IMG/VR virus record: IMGVR_UViG_3300050019_000092
Coordinates: 1-62,680 of that record
Length of the DNA stretch: 62,680 bases
DNA from: a virus
Strand: one strand, 5' to 3'
Shown here: positions 24,912 to 34,761 of the stretch, piece after piece
Numbering within the stretch: position 1 is the stretch's first letter
Layout of the letters: the number at the start of each line of letters is the position of its first letter
The notes under the pieces: model-generated
The model's input: the letters and a program-made list of their open reading frames with translations, nothing else
Told to the model about the DNA's origin: nothing
Databases searched by the model: none
Position numbers and translations under genes: made by a program

Positions 24912-26121
24912 TACCGCGCAAGCCCTGCCAGCCGCTGATGCGGGGCAGGTCGACGACGGATTTACCGACGAAGAACGCACCCAATTTGCTGAACTGGAGA
25001 AGGCCACCTCGGATCCCGCTCCAACGCCCGAACCTACCCCAGCCCCCACTCCAGCCCCCGCGCCGGTGCCTGCCGCTACCGATGGGGACGACGATGAGGA
25101 CGAAGAGGAAGCCGCTGCGGCCCCCGCTGGTGGCGCCGCGGCCGCTGACGGGGCTCCCGGTGCCCCCCCTGTGGCTGGCGCGCCTGGCGAGCCCCCTGCC
25201 CCCGGCACGGTGGTTCCTAAACGTCGAGTATCTGCCCGCAAATACGAACGGGCCGAGGAAGCCCGCAAGGTCGCGGAAACCGAGCGCGATACGCTTCGTC
25301 AAAACCAAGCCCGGCTCGATGAGCGCATGCGGATCATCAATGAGGCGCTGGCTGCACCGGCCCAGCCTGTCAAAACGGCAGCCGAGGAAGATCCCGAGCC
25401 AGATGCCGAAAAGGACGTCTTTGCCTGGATTGCCTGGAAGAAGCGCGACGATGTACGGGTGCGCGAGGAAATAGCCGAATTGCGCACCGGTCGGCAGGCC
25501 GAAGTCGAAGATACCACCTTGGCCAATACCTACACCGAGGACGCGCGTTCGTTTGCGGCTTCGGAGCCCAATTTTGTTCCGGCCTATCAGTTCTTGATGG
25601 CGAACCGGACTTTCGAACTCGCGCAGTATTTCTTTGGCAAGGATTTGACCGAGCAGGGCGTCCAATTGACGACCGAAGAGCTTGGTAAAATCCGGGCGAC
25701 CATCGGCAACGAGGAAAAGCAACTAGCCTCCGAGGCGATCACGATGAAACAGTCGCCCGCCAAGCGAGTTTTTGCTCTCGCCAAAGCGCGCGGCTTCCGT
25801 CCGGGCGCCGCGGCCGCTGCTCCTGCTGCGGTTCCCGGCTCTGCCCCGGGAACCAATGGCGCCGGCGCACCGGCTGCTGCTGCTCCTGCGGCGGCCGGTG
25901 CTCCTGGCAGCATTGCCGCGCCTGCGGCGGCTCCTAGCGTCGTGGCTGAGATTGCCAATATCAAGGCGGGTTCTGAGGCTGCCCGCTCGCTATCTAGCGG
26001 TGGCGGTGCGCCTCCGAATCCACTGACGCCAGAAAAGCTCGCCAATATGTCGGAAGAGGAATTCGGCGCGTTGGTCGATGGCCTATCGCCGTCGGAGGCA
26101 AAGGAATTATTCGGCACCTGA
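24904..26121 (+). CDS. Putative scaffolding protein
   Basis: It lies between portal and capsid genes, and the protein is acidic, P/A-rich and helical. Confidence 0.6.
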   Translation: MANTAQALPAADAGQVDDGFTDEERTQFAELEKATSDPAPTPEPTPAPTPAPAPVPAATDGDDDEDEEEAAAAPAGGAAAADGAPGAPPVAGAPGEPPAPGTVVPKRRVSARKYERAEEARKVAETERDTLRQNQARLDERMRIINEALAAPAQPVKTAAEEDPEPDAEKDVFAWIAWKKRDDVRVREEIAELRTGRQAEVEDTTLANTYTEDARSFAASEPNFVPAYQFLMANRTFELAQYFFGKDLTEQGVQLTTEELGKIRATIGNEEKQLASEAITMKQSPAKRVFALAKARGFRPGAAAAAPAAVPGSAPGTNGAGAPAAAAPAAAGAPGSIAAPAAAPSVVAEIANIKAGSEAARSLSSGGGAPPNPLTPEKLANMSEEEFGALVDGLSPSEAKELFGT

Positions 26122-26371
26122 TCTGGTAGGGCTTTACAATCATTTGTGCTGCTGGTAGTGGTGAGTCCTCCGGCGGGTCGTGATCATTGCCAGACGCCAG
26201 TCAGGCCGATCAAAAAACCCTCCGAACGGTCTAGTCCACCTCACGGACAGGCGCCGTGTCCCGCGCTGCTTAAAGGGAAAACTCGCCGCGCAGGCGACAA
26301 TTAGCGCACCCCAACCGACGCGAAACTTAGACGGCTGACCGATTGGTCGCCTCAACGCAGGGTGCCTTGCA

Positions 26372-27490
26372 ATGGCTATGACCAGCTTTGGCGTCAATGA
26401 CGCGCTCGCCATCAAACTGTGGTCCAAGCGACTCGACCACGAAGCTCTCAAATACACCGATATCGGGCCGTTGATCGGCGACGATCCGGACTCGATCATC
26501 CACCGGAAGACCGAGACTCAAAAGGGACCCGGCGATCAGGTGACCTACGCCATTCGCATGCAATTGAGCGGCGCCGGCTTTAGCGAGAACCAACTCGCGG
26601 AAGGCAACGGCGAATCGCTCGCCACCTATTCGGATAAGCTGCTCATCAACGAGCTCGGCCATGTGGTCGGCGTTAAGTCCGAGTACACGATCGACCAGCA
26701 GCGCGTTCCGTTCGATCTGCGCGAAGAGGCCAAGAGTGGCCTTGCCGATTGGTACGCCAAGCGCTTCTCCGTCGCCTTCTTCAATCAGGTGTGCGGTAAT
26801 ACGCTCGCCACCGATACCCGCTTTACCGGCCTGAATGCAACGATCGCGCCCTCAGCGACGCGCATCATTCGCCAATCCAGCCGCGCGTCCGACGATCTGC
26901 TCGTCGCCGGCGACACCTTCACCCTCAATCTGGTTGATAAGGCGAAGGAGTTGGCGGTCACCGCCACTCCTAAGATCAGGCCGGCGCGGTTTGCCGGCGG
27001 ATCGAGCGGCGGCAGCATGTCGCCGGCGCGCAGGGATTACAACAAGACGCTGACCGACAAATACGTGATGTATCTGCATCCGTATCAGGTCACCGATTTG
27101 CGCACCAATACGTCGACCGGCCAGTGGCTGGATCTGACCAAGGCCGCGGATATGGGGCGGGGTGAAAAGGGCGCGATCTATACTGGCGCCATCGGCGAAT
27201 ACAATTCGGTCATTTTGCGGCAGTCCTTCGACGTCGCCAATGGCATCTCCGCTGGCGGCGCGCTGGTGGCGAATACCTACCGCGCCGTTCTGCTCGGCGG
27301 GCAGGCATGCATGATCGCCTTCGGCCAGAAGAACTCGCAGACAAAGTACCGGTGGAACGAGGAAATGTTCGACCACAAGCGCCGGCTCGAAGTCTCGGCG
27401 TGGACGATCCATGGTCTGAAGAAGACCGTCTACAATTCGGTCGACTACGGCACCGTCGTGGTTTCGACCTACGGCGCAGCGCACACCTAA
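26372..27490 (+). CDS. Major capsid protein (N4-gp56-like family)
   Basis: The N-terminus NDALAIKLWSKRL..EALKYT...GDQVTY...L.G.G is typical of this capsid family, recalled from memory. Size and position fit. Confidence 0.8.
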   Translation: MAMTSFGVNDALAIKLWSKRLDHEALKYTDIGPLIGDDPDSIIHRKTETQKGPGDQVTYAIRMQLSGAGFSENQLAEGNGESLATYSDKLLINELGHVVGVKSEYTIDQQRVPFDLREEAKSGLADWYAKRFSVAFFNQVCGNTLATDTRFTGLNATIAPSATRIIRQSSRASDDLLVAGDTFTLNLVDKAKELAVTATPKIRPARFAGGSSGGSMSPARRDYNKTLTDKYVMYLHPYQVTDLRTNTSTGQWLDLTKAADMGRGEKGAIYTGAIGEYNSVILRQSFDVANGISAGGALVANTYRAVLLGGQACMIAFGQKNSQTKYRWNEEMFDHKRRLEVSAWTIHGLKKTVYNSVDYGTVVVSTYGAAHT

Positions 27491-27505
27491 CGGAGGGATA
27501 TTTCC

Positions 27506-27925
27506 ATGGCTACGGATAGCGCAGTTCTTGCCCCTCCGATTCGTCGGCAAGCGGAGCAGGTCGCTAATACGCTAAAAAAGATCATCAACTGGAACGATGT
27601 GGGCGTGACAAACGCCGGTGTCCAGTCGAATGTCGCCTTCGATAATTCGATCCCGACCGGCGCCGTGATCTTCATGGTGGTCGCCGAAATTCTCACCACA
27701 TTCGACGGTGGTGCGATCCTTACGGTTGGCACGGTTGGCGCGACCTACAACAACCTCCTGAATGCCGGCGACGTCGACGAGACTGTTGCCGGTGGCACAG
27801 GCGTGACGCGCGGTGTTGGGACGGTGACGACCGAAGTCTTGCCGTATGTGACCATCACGCAGAACGGCGCGACCAAGGGCAAGGCTTCCATCTGCATCCT
27901 CTACGAGGGCGGCTGGCTGAGCTAA
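27506..27925 (+). CDS. Hypothetical virion-associated protein (139 aa)
   Basis: A GGAGGG SD is present and the gene follows the capsid gene directly. Confidence 0.6.
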   Translation: MATDSAVLAPPIRRQAEQVANTLKKIINWNDVGVTNAGVQSNVAFDNSIPTGAVIFMVVAEILTTFDGGAILTVGTVGATYNNLLNAGDVDETVAGGTGVTRGVGTVTTEVLPYVTITQNGATKGKASICILYEGGWLS

Positions 27926-27966
27926 CAATCGAGCATTCGCGGAAACTTGAAAAAGGAACTACCGCT

Positions 27967-28383
27967 ATGATGAAGCACTTCCGCCTTGGCGCCTTGGTCG
28001 CCGCTTGCTTGGCGTTATCGCTCCCGGCCTTTGCCCTCGATCTGTCTCTGGACGGCTCGTTGCGCGGCAACTGCGGAACGGTCGCTTCGACCGGCAACGG
28101 CACGGCCGACACAGCGACGCTGAACAACAAATGCGGCGTGGTGACCACGGAGTCGCTGACCGCTCCGACCGCTTCCGAATTCACCTTGACGCTCACCAAT
28201 TCAGCGATCGCGGCGGCGGATATCCCGCTGGTGACCATCAGCAATGGCACCAACACCTCCGGCCTGGTGGCACTTGAGCGCGCGACGGTAACGGCCAGCA
28301 CCTTGACCGTTGTGGTGCGCCAGATGAGCACCGCCAGCCTGAACGGCACTCTGAAGGTCAACTACTTCATCATCAAGCCCTGA
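27967..28383 (+). CDS. Secreted protein, paralog A (Sec signal peptide)
   Basis: Signal peptide MMKHFRLGALVAACLALSLPAFA/LD. Shares TATLN..G.V.TT....LTLTNS.I...GT..... IK with 28425..28901. Confidence 0.65.
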   Translation: MMKHFRLGALVAACLALSLPAFALDLSLDGSLRGNCGTVASTGNGTADTATLNNKCGVVTTESLTAPTASEFTLTLTNSAIAAADIPLVTISNGTNTSGLVALERATVTASTLTVVVRQMSTASLNGTLKVNYFIIKP

Positions 28384-28424
28384 CAACCATCGGGGTTCGC
28401 GGTCCTTAAGCACGAGGCGGTTTC

Positions 28425-28901
28425 ATGAAGATGCTCCGACGCTCCGGTATCGCTGCACTGGCGATCCTTGCCTTGGTGACCGCCGCTTGGGCCATCCAGC
28501 CGGGAACCAGCGGAACCGACAAGAGACTCCAGCAATCCGGTGAGCGCAGCGGCGTTCTGATCCAGGTTAACAACACGGCGACGTCGGTTGGCGCGCAAAC
28601 TGGAACAGCCACACTTAACGCGGCCGGGTCCGGCGTGATTACGACGCCGTCGATTGCCATTACGGCGGATTCCGAATATGCGCTGACGCTGACCAACAGC
28701 ATGATTGAGGCAGGCGATGTTGTCTTGGCTTCGGCTAATCTCGGGAGTTCGGCGGTAGGCTCGATCTATGTGGCGGAAGTCAAGCCAGCGGCTGGCTCCG
28801 TCTTGATCAGGGTTCGGAATGCTTCGGGTGCCACGACACTAGCCGGCACCATTCAGATCAGGTTCCTTGTCATCAAACAGAGCGCGCTAGGGTCCGACTA
28901 A
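28425..28901 (+). CDS. Secreted protein, paralog B (Sec signal peptide)
   Basis: Signal peptide MKMLRRSGIAALAILALVTAAWA/IQ. Paralogous to 27967..28383. Confidence 0.65.
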   Translation: MKMLRRSGIAALAILALVTAAWAIQPGTSGTDKRLQQSGERSGVLIQVNNTATSVGAQTGTATLNAAGSGVITTPSIAITADSEYALTLTNSMIEAGDVVLASANLGSSAVGSIYVAEVKPAAGSVLIRVRNASGATTLAGTIQIRFLVIKQSALGSD

Positions 28902-28925
28902 GGCCGCGCGCGGGAATGCGCAGTA

Positions 28926-29621
28926 ATGGCCGGCGACCTAGCAACGATGATCAGCAGAATCGCGTCAGAGATCACGCGACCTGATCTCGCTGCGACTCAA
29001 ATTCCCAATGCCATTAATGATGCGATTTCGGCCTATCAGTCCGAGCGCTTTACGTTTTCCGAAGTGCCTGCGGACGGCACACAGACCTTCAATACGGTGG
29101 CCGGGCAGGCCTATTACACCAAGGCGGACAATCCAAATCTCGGCACGCTGCTGAAGATCGACCGCGTCAATATCAATATTGGCACGGCGACCATTATGCA
29201 GTTGAAGCGCGAGGATCCCGAGACGCTGATTCTCTACAATCAGCAGGCCGGCACCATGGTCGGGCAGCCGTCCTGGTACGCCTATGAGAATGGTCAGATG
29301 ATCATCTCGGCCATTCCGGATAAGGCCTATTTGATCACGCTCGGGCTGTTCTTGAATGTTCCGGCTCCGGCGACGAATACGGAAGTAGGCAATCCATGGA
29401 TGACCACGGCGGAGAAACTTATTCGCTCGCGTGCCAAGTATGAGATCGCTCTGCATGTGACCCGCAATGAGGCGATGCAGGCGGCAATGTCGCCCGATCC
29501 TGCCTCATCCCCGTTTGTGAACGGCGGACGGGCTGGAGCTTCCTACCGCGAGTGGAAACAGCTTAAGGGCGTTGCCAATCGTTCCACCGCGCGCGGGGTC
29601 ATCCGGCCCATGCAATTCTGA
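28926..29621 (+). CDS. Virion structural protein (possible adaptor or tail-tubular-A-like)
   Basis: Called from position and size only (231 aa). Confidence 0.35.
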   Translation: MAGDLATMISRIASEITRPDLAATQIPNAINDAISAYQSERFTFSEVPADGTQTFNTVAGQAYYTKADNPNLGTLLKIDRVNINIGTATIMQLKREDPETLILYNQQAGTMVGQPSWYAYENGQMIISAIPDKAYLITLGLFLNVPAPATNTEVGNPWMTTAEKLIRSRAKYEIALHVTRNEAMQAAMSPDPASSPFVNGGRAGASYREWKQLKGVANRSTARGVIRPMQF

Positions 29622-29628
29622 GGGGCCC

Positions 29629-31842
29629 ATGGCGCAGCCCTTCGGTTCCCTTTCCCCTGGCGACAACGACCCGAACGGCCTTATGGGCTCGGGTTATGGC
29701 TCCGATGTGCCCCTGCTTGATGTGGAGACCGCTCGGCGCCTTGCGGCTGGCGTGGCCGGCAGTTGGCCTGGCCGCATGCTTTCCGACGCTGCAGCGGCGC
29801 TTAAAACGGTGGGGGACGGGGGCTATCAACCAGGCCTGCGGCGCGAGGATGTGACCGATATCCCGCCTCCCTCTGAGCCGACTGCCGATTCGACCATTCT
29901 CGGGCGGGCGCTCAAAATGGCTCCGGTCGGCTGGGAGCCGAACGATAAGTATATTCAGGCGTCGACCGATCTTGCTGCCACGGTGGCCGGTATCGGGGCT
30001 CCGGCGGCTGAGAAGGGCGCGCTGGGAGCGGCCGGGGGGCGCATGCCCGCGGCTCCGGCCGCCGCCAGCGCCGCCGAGACGGTGGCACCTCCGTTCTATT
30101 CGGCGGTTGAGAAGGCGGTGACCGATAGCCCGCTGAACAAGTCGGTCGGCCAGCAATGGCTCGGCACCATCAAGAACACGCCGGGCGTGAAACCGGACGA
30201 GATCAGTGCGCTTGGTCTGGACAAGTTCCTCACCGATCAAAAGGGGGCGGTGACCAAGCAGGACGTACTCGACCACATTGCGGCAAACAAAGTGCAGGTC
30301 GGGGAGGTCGATAAGGGTGGTGCTGGGCCAATTGATTACAGCAATTATCATGGGCGATCTGTTGCAGAAATTGATCAAGACATGGACGCTAATGCCGCTT
30401 TGGCATTTGGTGATAACCCTGAATTTAAAGATCGACCGGATTTACTTGCTAGGCACGAAGAATTGCAGACTGAGAGAAACGCTGCCAGAAATGCGGCAGA
30501 CAATTGGCAGCCAGAATATCCAGAAACAAAATTCGGCACTTACGTCCTCCCCGGCGGCGAGAACTACCGGGAGAAGCTGCTGACGCTGCCGGAGACGCCA
30601 AGTAAATTTGATCCGTCGCAAGTCGAGATTAAGCGGAATATGCAGAGCACAACACAAGGAAGCACCTCGATTTGGTACGGTGGAAAAAAGGTTGCGACGT
30701 ACAGCGACGACCCGGCACTGCAGCCGGGTGGAAGTTACGACCAGAGGCCACAGTCCTATTGGATGGGTGTTGCCCAAAAACTTTATGACAAAGGAGACCA
30801 GATAAACAAAATCCCGTCTCGGTCAGAGAATTTCACATCCTCCCACTGGGACGAGCCTAACGTGCTGGCACATATCCGGATGAATGACCGGATGATTCCG
30901 AATGTCGAAGGCGGGGCAGATAAATCTCTGCACCTCGAGGAAATCCAGAGCGATTGGCATCAGAAGGGACGCGCGAGCGGGTATCAGAATCCAAACCCAA
31001 CGTATTCTCTCGAAGGTAATGGGCCTTGGACTATCAGGGATCAGAACAACCGTTTTATTTCAGATTTTAATAACCGAGATACAGCGCAGACCCATCTAGA
31101 TGATCTAAATGCCGGTCGAGTGAAAGCGGATCAGGTCGGCGTCCCCGACGCTCCCTTTAAGACCACATGGCCCGAACTCGCCTTTAAGCGCGCGCTGCGT
31201 GATGCTGCGGAGGGTGGTTATGATCGGCTGTCGTGGACGCCCGGTGAGGCGCAGGCGGCGCGGTATGATTTGAGCAAGCAGATATCTAGGCTCCAATGGG
31301 AGAAAAGTGGCACCAGCGGATTCACGCCGCTTGACGCCATTGAGCACCGCGTGGAGGGCGTGCCAGTGCGCGGCACGATCCGTGCATTCGATCACAGTGG
31401 GCGCGAGGTGATCAATAAAATAGCAACCGAGGATGAATTGCCGGACATCATCGGAAAGGACACTGCGCAAAAATTGCTCGACCAACAGCCTCAGTCAGGC
31501 CGCAACGCTGGAACTGCTCTGAGCATGCGCAAGTTGGAGGGTGTTGATCTCAAAGTCGGCGGCGAGGGCATGAAGGGATTCTATGACCAGATGCTGCCGA
31601 AGATGGCGAACAAGTTGGTTAAGCCGTTCGGGTCGAAGGTGGAGCAGGTCAATATGGATATTGGTGCCGGGAAACCTGCTGATATGCGAAATGCTCTCGA
31701 CACGACGCAGGTTCATTCTTTGAAGATCACCCCCGAACTCCGCAAGGCGGCGATGACCAAGGGATTCCCGCTGTTCTCTGCTGGTGCTGTGGCCGCTCCG
31801 GTATTTGGCTCAATGGCACCGGGAAGTGATACAGGTCAGTAA
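29629..31842 (+). CDS. Large virion/ejection-type protein with a polyvalent-protein-like module; PFGS motif at both termini
   Basis: The N-terminus is MAQPFGSLSPGD and the C-terminus is VFGSMAPGSDTGQ. An internal block reads SHWDEPNVLAHIRMNDR...LHLEEIQSDWHQKG...PFKTTWPELAFKRAL. Confidence 0.6.
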   Translation: MAQPFGSLSPGDNDPNGLMGSGYGSDVPLLDVETARRLAAGVAGSWPGRMLSDAAAALKTVGDGGYQPGLRREDVTDIPPPSEPTADSTILGRALKMAPVGWEPNDKYIQASTDLAATVAGIGAPAAEKGALGAAGGRMPAAPAAASAAETVAPPFYSAVEKAVTDSPLNKSVGQQWLGTIKNTPGVKPDEISALGLDKFLTDQKGAVTKQDVLDHIAANKVQVGEVDKGGAGPIDYSNYHGRSVAEIDQDMDANAALAFGDNPEFKDRPDLLARHEELQTERNAARNAADNWQPEYPETKFGTYVLPGGENYREKLLTLPETPSKFDPSQVEIKRNMQSTTQGSTSIWYGGKKVATYSDDPALQPGGSYDQRPQSYWMGVAQKLYDKGDQINKIPSRSENFTSSHWDEPNVLAHIRMNDRMIPNVEGGADKSLHLEEIQSDWHQKGRASGYQNPNPTYSLEGNGPWTIRDQNNRFISDFNNRDTAQTHLDDLNAGRVKADQVGVPDAPFKTTWPELAFKRALRDAAEGGYDRLSWTPGEAQAARYDLSKQISRLQWEKSGTSGFTPLDAIEHRVEGVPVRGTIRAFDHSGREVINKIATEDELPDIIGKDTAQKLLDQQPQSGRNAGTALSMRKLEGVDLKVGGEGMKGFYDQMLPKMANKLVKPFGSKVEQVNMDIGAGKPADMRNALDTTQVHSLKITPELRKAAMTKGFPLFSAGAVAAPVFGSMAPGSDTGQ

Positions 31843-33581
31843 TGGCAAAGCGCCCGACCATTCCGTTTCCTGATTTCGCGCCGGATTTAAGCGATCTCGG
31901 CACCGGTGTTTCTCAGAACGTCATGGGCGTTACCCCACGCGGTGACGGCTATGGGCCGTTTCAATCGCTTGTAGACTTTACGCAGGCACTGCCTGCCGCC
32001 TGCCGCGGCTATTTCTTCGCCCGCAATCCAGATGGCTCGATCTCGGTGTTCGCGGGTACGGCGACCAAGCTCTACCTTCTCGACAACACGACTTTTGCGT
32101 GGACCGATGTGTCGAAGGGGGCGGGGTCTTATTCGGTGCTAGTGACCACTTCTAATTGGCAATTTGCGCAGTTCAATTCGACCGTTATCGCGGTGCAGAT
32201 TAATACAGTGCCGCAGTCCTTCGTGCTCGGCTCATCGTCTGCATTTGCCGATCTCGGCGGCTCGCCACCGCAGGCCGGCAATATCGCGGTGATCAATTTT
32301 TTCCTGGTGCTCACTGGCCTGCTGTCGAATCCCAATCGCGTGCATTGGTGCGATCTCGACGGCATTACGACTTGGACCGCGGGCGTGGGGCTGGCCGACT
32401 TTCAGGATCTGCCCGATGGCGGCAATTGTCACGGCATCTCGGGCGGCGATGCATTTGGCCTGCTGTTTCAGGATTCCTCGATCCGCAGTCTGATCTATGC
32501 GCCGGGATCCGGCGTGGTGTTCGATATCGTGCGCGTCTCGACGGCGGAATCATTGTTCGCTAATTATTCCATCATCAATGCTGGCGAGAAGACGTTCTAT
32601 TGCTCCTCGCAGGGATTCAAGATGATTTCTCCTGGCGGGGTGCCACAGCCGATCGGCAAGGAGCGCGTCGATCGCTGGTTCTTCGCCAATGTGGACAATT
32701 CAGCGCTGCAGTTAGTGATTGGCGCCACTGATCCGACGGCAACGCGCGTCTATTGGGCATTCAAGTCGCTGGCGGGTGCGGCTGGTCTATTCGATCTCAT
32801 TCTGTGCTTTGACTGGTCGATCGGCGAAAAGGGGAAATGGAGCGTGATCCCATGCTCGGGGCAATATCTCGCCAATCTGGCGCGGCCGGGGCTCACGCTG
32901 CATCAATTGGATGCCATTGCTCCCGGCGCGCTCTCTGTGACGGGGGCGGCGGATAATGGCGCGGGCCTGATCCGGCTCACGTTGAGTGCGGAATCAAATG
33001 CATTTTTTACCATTGTCGGTCAGAACTTCATCGTCGTGCAGGGTGTGACCGGGACCACCGAAGCGAACGGGGTTTGGCACTTCAATATCATTAGTCCGAC
33101 CACTATCGATCTGACTACCAATGAAGACGGTGTATCGTCGGCTTTCGTGAATGCCTATGTCAATGGTGGCGCCATCGGTGGATCGCTCGCTGCCCTGCCA
33201 TTCTCGCTCGATAGCATTGCGCAGGGGGCCACCGCTCGGCTGTCGGCATTCTCTAGTGCGGCCAAGGCTGGATTCTTCGATGGTGCCAATATCGAGGCGG
33301 TGATCGAGACCGACGAGCAGGATACTGGCGGCGATCTGATCTTCATTACTGCCGTGCGGCCTCTTACCGACGCCACCACGGCGCTGATCTCGATCGGCTC
33401 CCGGCTCAATGCGCAGGCGGCCATTGCCTATAGTGCCGAGTCCTCACTCACTCCGCAGGGCGATTGCCCGCAATTGGTCGAGGCCCGCTATGCTCGAGCC
33501 AAGCTGCGGATTCCTGCGGCTTCGGTCTGGTCGTATGCGCGCGCGGTGCAGCCTGAGTCGGTCCTGGCGGGCGACACATGA
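31842..33581 (+). CDS. Virion structural protein (possible beta-propeller tail tubular/nozzle protein)
   Basis: Size is 579 aa and the sequence is a repetitive beta-strand type. Called from position. Confidence 0.4.
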   Translation: MAKRPTIPFPDFAPDLSDLGTGVSQNVMGVTPRGDGYGPFQSLVDFTQALPAACRGYFFARNPDGSISVFAGTATKLYLLDNTTFAWTDVSKGAGSYSVLVTTSNWQFAQFNSTVIAVQINTVPQSFVLGSSSAFADLGGSPPQAGNIAVINFFLVLTGLLSNPNRVHWCDLDGITTWTAGVGLADFQDLPDGGNCHGISGGDAFGLLFQDSSIRSLIYAPGSGVVFDIVRVSTAESLFANYSIINAGEKTFYCSSQGFKMISPGGVPQPIGKERVDRWFFANVDNSALQLVIGATDPTATRVYWAFKSLAGAAGLFDLILCFDWSIGEKGKWSVIPCSGQYLANLARPGLTLHQLDAIAPGALSVTGAADNGAGLIRLTLSAESNAFFTIVGQNFIVVQGVTGTTEANGVWHFNIISPTTIDLTTNEDGVSSAFVNAYVNGGAIGGSLAALPFSLDSIAQGATARLSAFSSAAKAGFFDGANIEAVIETDEQDTGGDLIFITAVRPLTDATTALISIGSRLNAQAAIAYSAESSLTPQGDCPQLVEARYARAKLRIPAASVWSYARAVQPESVLAGDT

Positions 33582-34018
33582 GCGATCAAATCCCTTTTGG
33601 CTCGATGGCACCTTCTCTTGCTGGACAACAGCCGCCTGCCAATTTTGCGACCTCCTTAAATCCATTGGATGAGATGGCTTATCGTCAATGGGTAGCGGAC
33701 AATAATGTGCCAACCGATCCTACTGCATCTGGTCCACAGGATTACGACATGCGTGGATTCTATCGCGCCTTAATGCAGCAGAATCCGCGTGCGCAATCCG
33801 CCATCGATCCCAATGACAACAAGATGCACTACCCTGATTTTTGGAAAACGCCGTCTCACGAGACATTCTCAAATGAGAGTCAATGGGCGACGCCAAATAC
33901 TCCGGCATGGACGGCCGATGATAAACTCGCGGCACCCAGCGGCCGCGTGATTTATGATGATAAAAATAGACTGCCACCATTTGGTCTTGCTCTTAGAAAC
34001 ATGGGGATCATCAAGTGA
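33578..34018 (+). CDS. Hypothetical virion protein with N-terminal PFGSMAP motif
   Basis: Begins MSDQIPFGSMAPSLAGQ. ATGA overlap with the upstream gene. Confidence 0.6.
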   Translation: MSDQIPFGSMAPSLAGQQPPANFATSLNPLDEMAYRQWVADNNVPTDPTASGPQDYDMRGFYRALMQQNPRAQSAIDPNDNKMHYPDFWKTPSHETFSNESQWATPNTPAWTADDKLAAPSGRVIYDDKNRLPPFGLALRNMGIIK

Positions 34019-34329
34019 GTGGCATTACCCTTTCATTCTCTGAGACACGCATTCCCCGCATCGTGCAGGCGATCCGGCAGCTTTACGAGGGGCGCGTTAA
34101 CTCTGGCGGGACTGTCACGCTGCGCAATGGGCAAACTACCACGGTGGTCAGTGCTCCGAATTGCAGCCCTTCATGCAATGTTTTTCTGACGCCTCAGACG
34201 CCTCACGCTGTAGCAATGGCACCGCAGCCATATGTGGCAAAAGCCGATATTCTGCTCGGATCATTCACAATTTCACATAATAATCCGGGTGTTTCGGATG
34301 CGAATTTTGCGTGGGACGCGCGCGGATAG
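34015..34329 (+). CDS. Hypothetical protein (104 aa)
   Basis: GTGA overlap start. Confidence 0.55.
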   Translation: MSGITLSFSETRIPRIVQAIRQLYEGRVNSGGTVTLRNGQTTTVVSAPNCSPSCNVFLTPQTPHAVAMAPQPYVAKADILLGSFTISHNNPGVSDANFAWDARG

Positions 34330-34330
34330 C

Positions 34331-34759
34331 ATGAACATCCATTCTCCACCTCCGCATTCGTTGCTCTGCGTCGACCCCAAGCGCATCATGGAGTTCTGGC
34401 CGCTGGTGCGCGACTTGATCGATGAAGGCTATGCGCACAGCGGTGAGATTGCCCCGGTCGATCTGCCGCAATGGCTTTCGGACGGCAAAGGCCAGCTTTG
34501 GCTTTCGGTGGAGGCTGGCGAGATCGTCGCCGCATTGACAACGTCGATCGTTCCGATGAGAAACGGACTCGTGCTGCGAATGATTACCTGCGGTGGCAGT
34601 CGGCTCGATCTCTGGAAGGATTGCCACCGGCAAATTGAGGAATTCGCGCGGGCCGAGGGATGTGATAGGATTCGCAGCGAAGGTCGACCTGGCTGGACTC
34701 GCGTACTTGCCGGCGGTGGCTATAAGGTCGTAGCGGTCACCTTGGAGAAAAGGCTCTAA
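34331..34759 (+). CDS. Hypothetical protein, possibly GNAT-like fold (142 aa)
   Basis: Internal ATG of ORF 34232..34759. There is only weak resemblance to an acetyltransferase beta-alpha core (EIVAALTTSI...LRMITCGG). Confidence 0.35.
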   Translation: MNIHSPPPHSLLCVDPKRIMEFWPLVRDLIDEGYAHSGEIAPVDLPQWLSDGKGQLWLSVEAGEIVAALTTSIVPMRNGLVLRMITCGGSRLDLWKDCHRQIEEFARAEGCDRIRSEGRPGWTRVLAGGGYKVVAVTLEKRL

Positions 34760-34761
34760 AA

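Noticed and set aside
24730-25722. Long antisense or off-frame ORFs. Examples are 24730..25722(-), 4576..5637(+), 6855..7625(-), 15507..16139(-), 22092..22709(-), 39142..39831(-), 41125..41847(-), 55996..56763(+) and 59688..60302(-).
   Set aside because: They all overlap well-supported genes and have Arg/Pro/Gly/His-rich shadow-frame composition with no motifs. They are expected in GC-rich DNA, where stop codons are rare.
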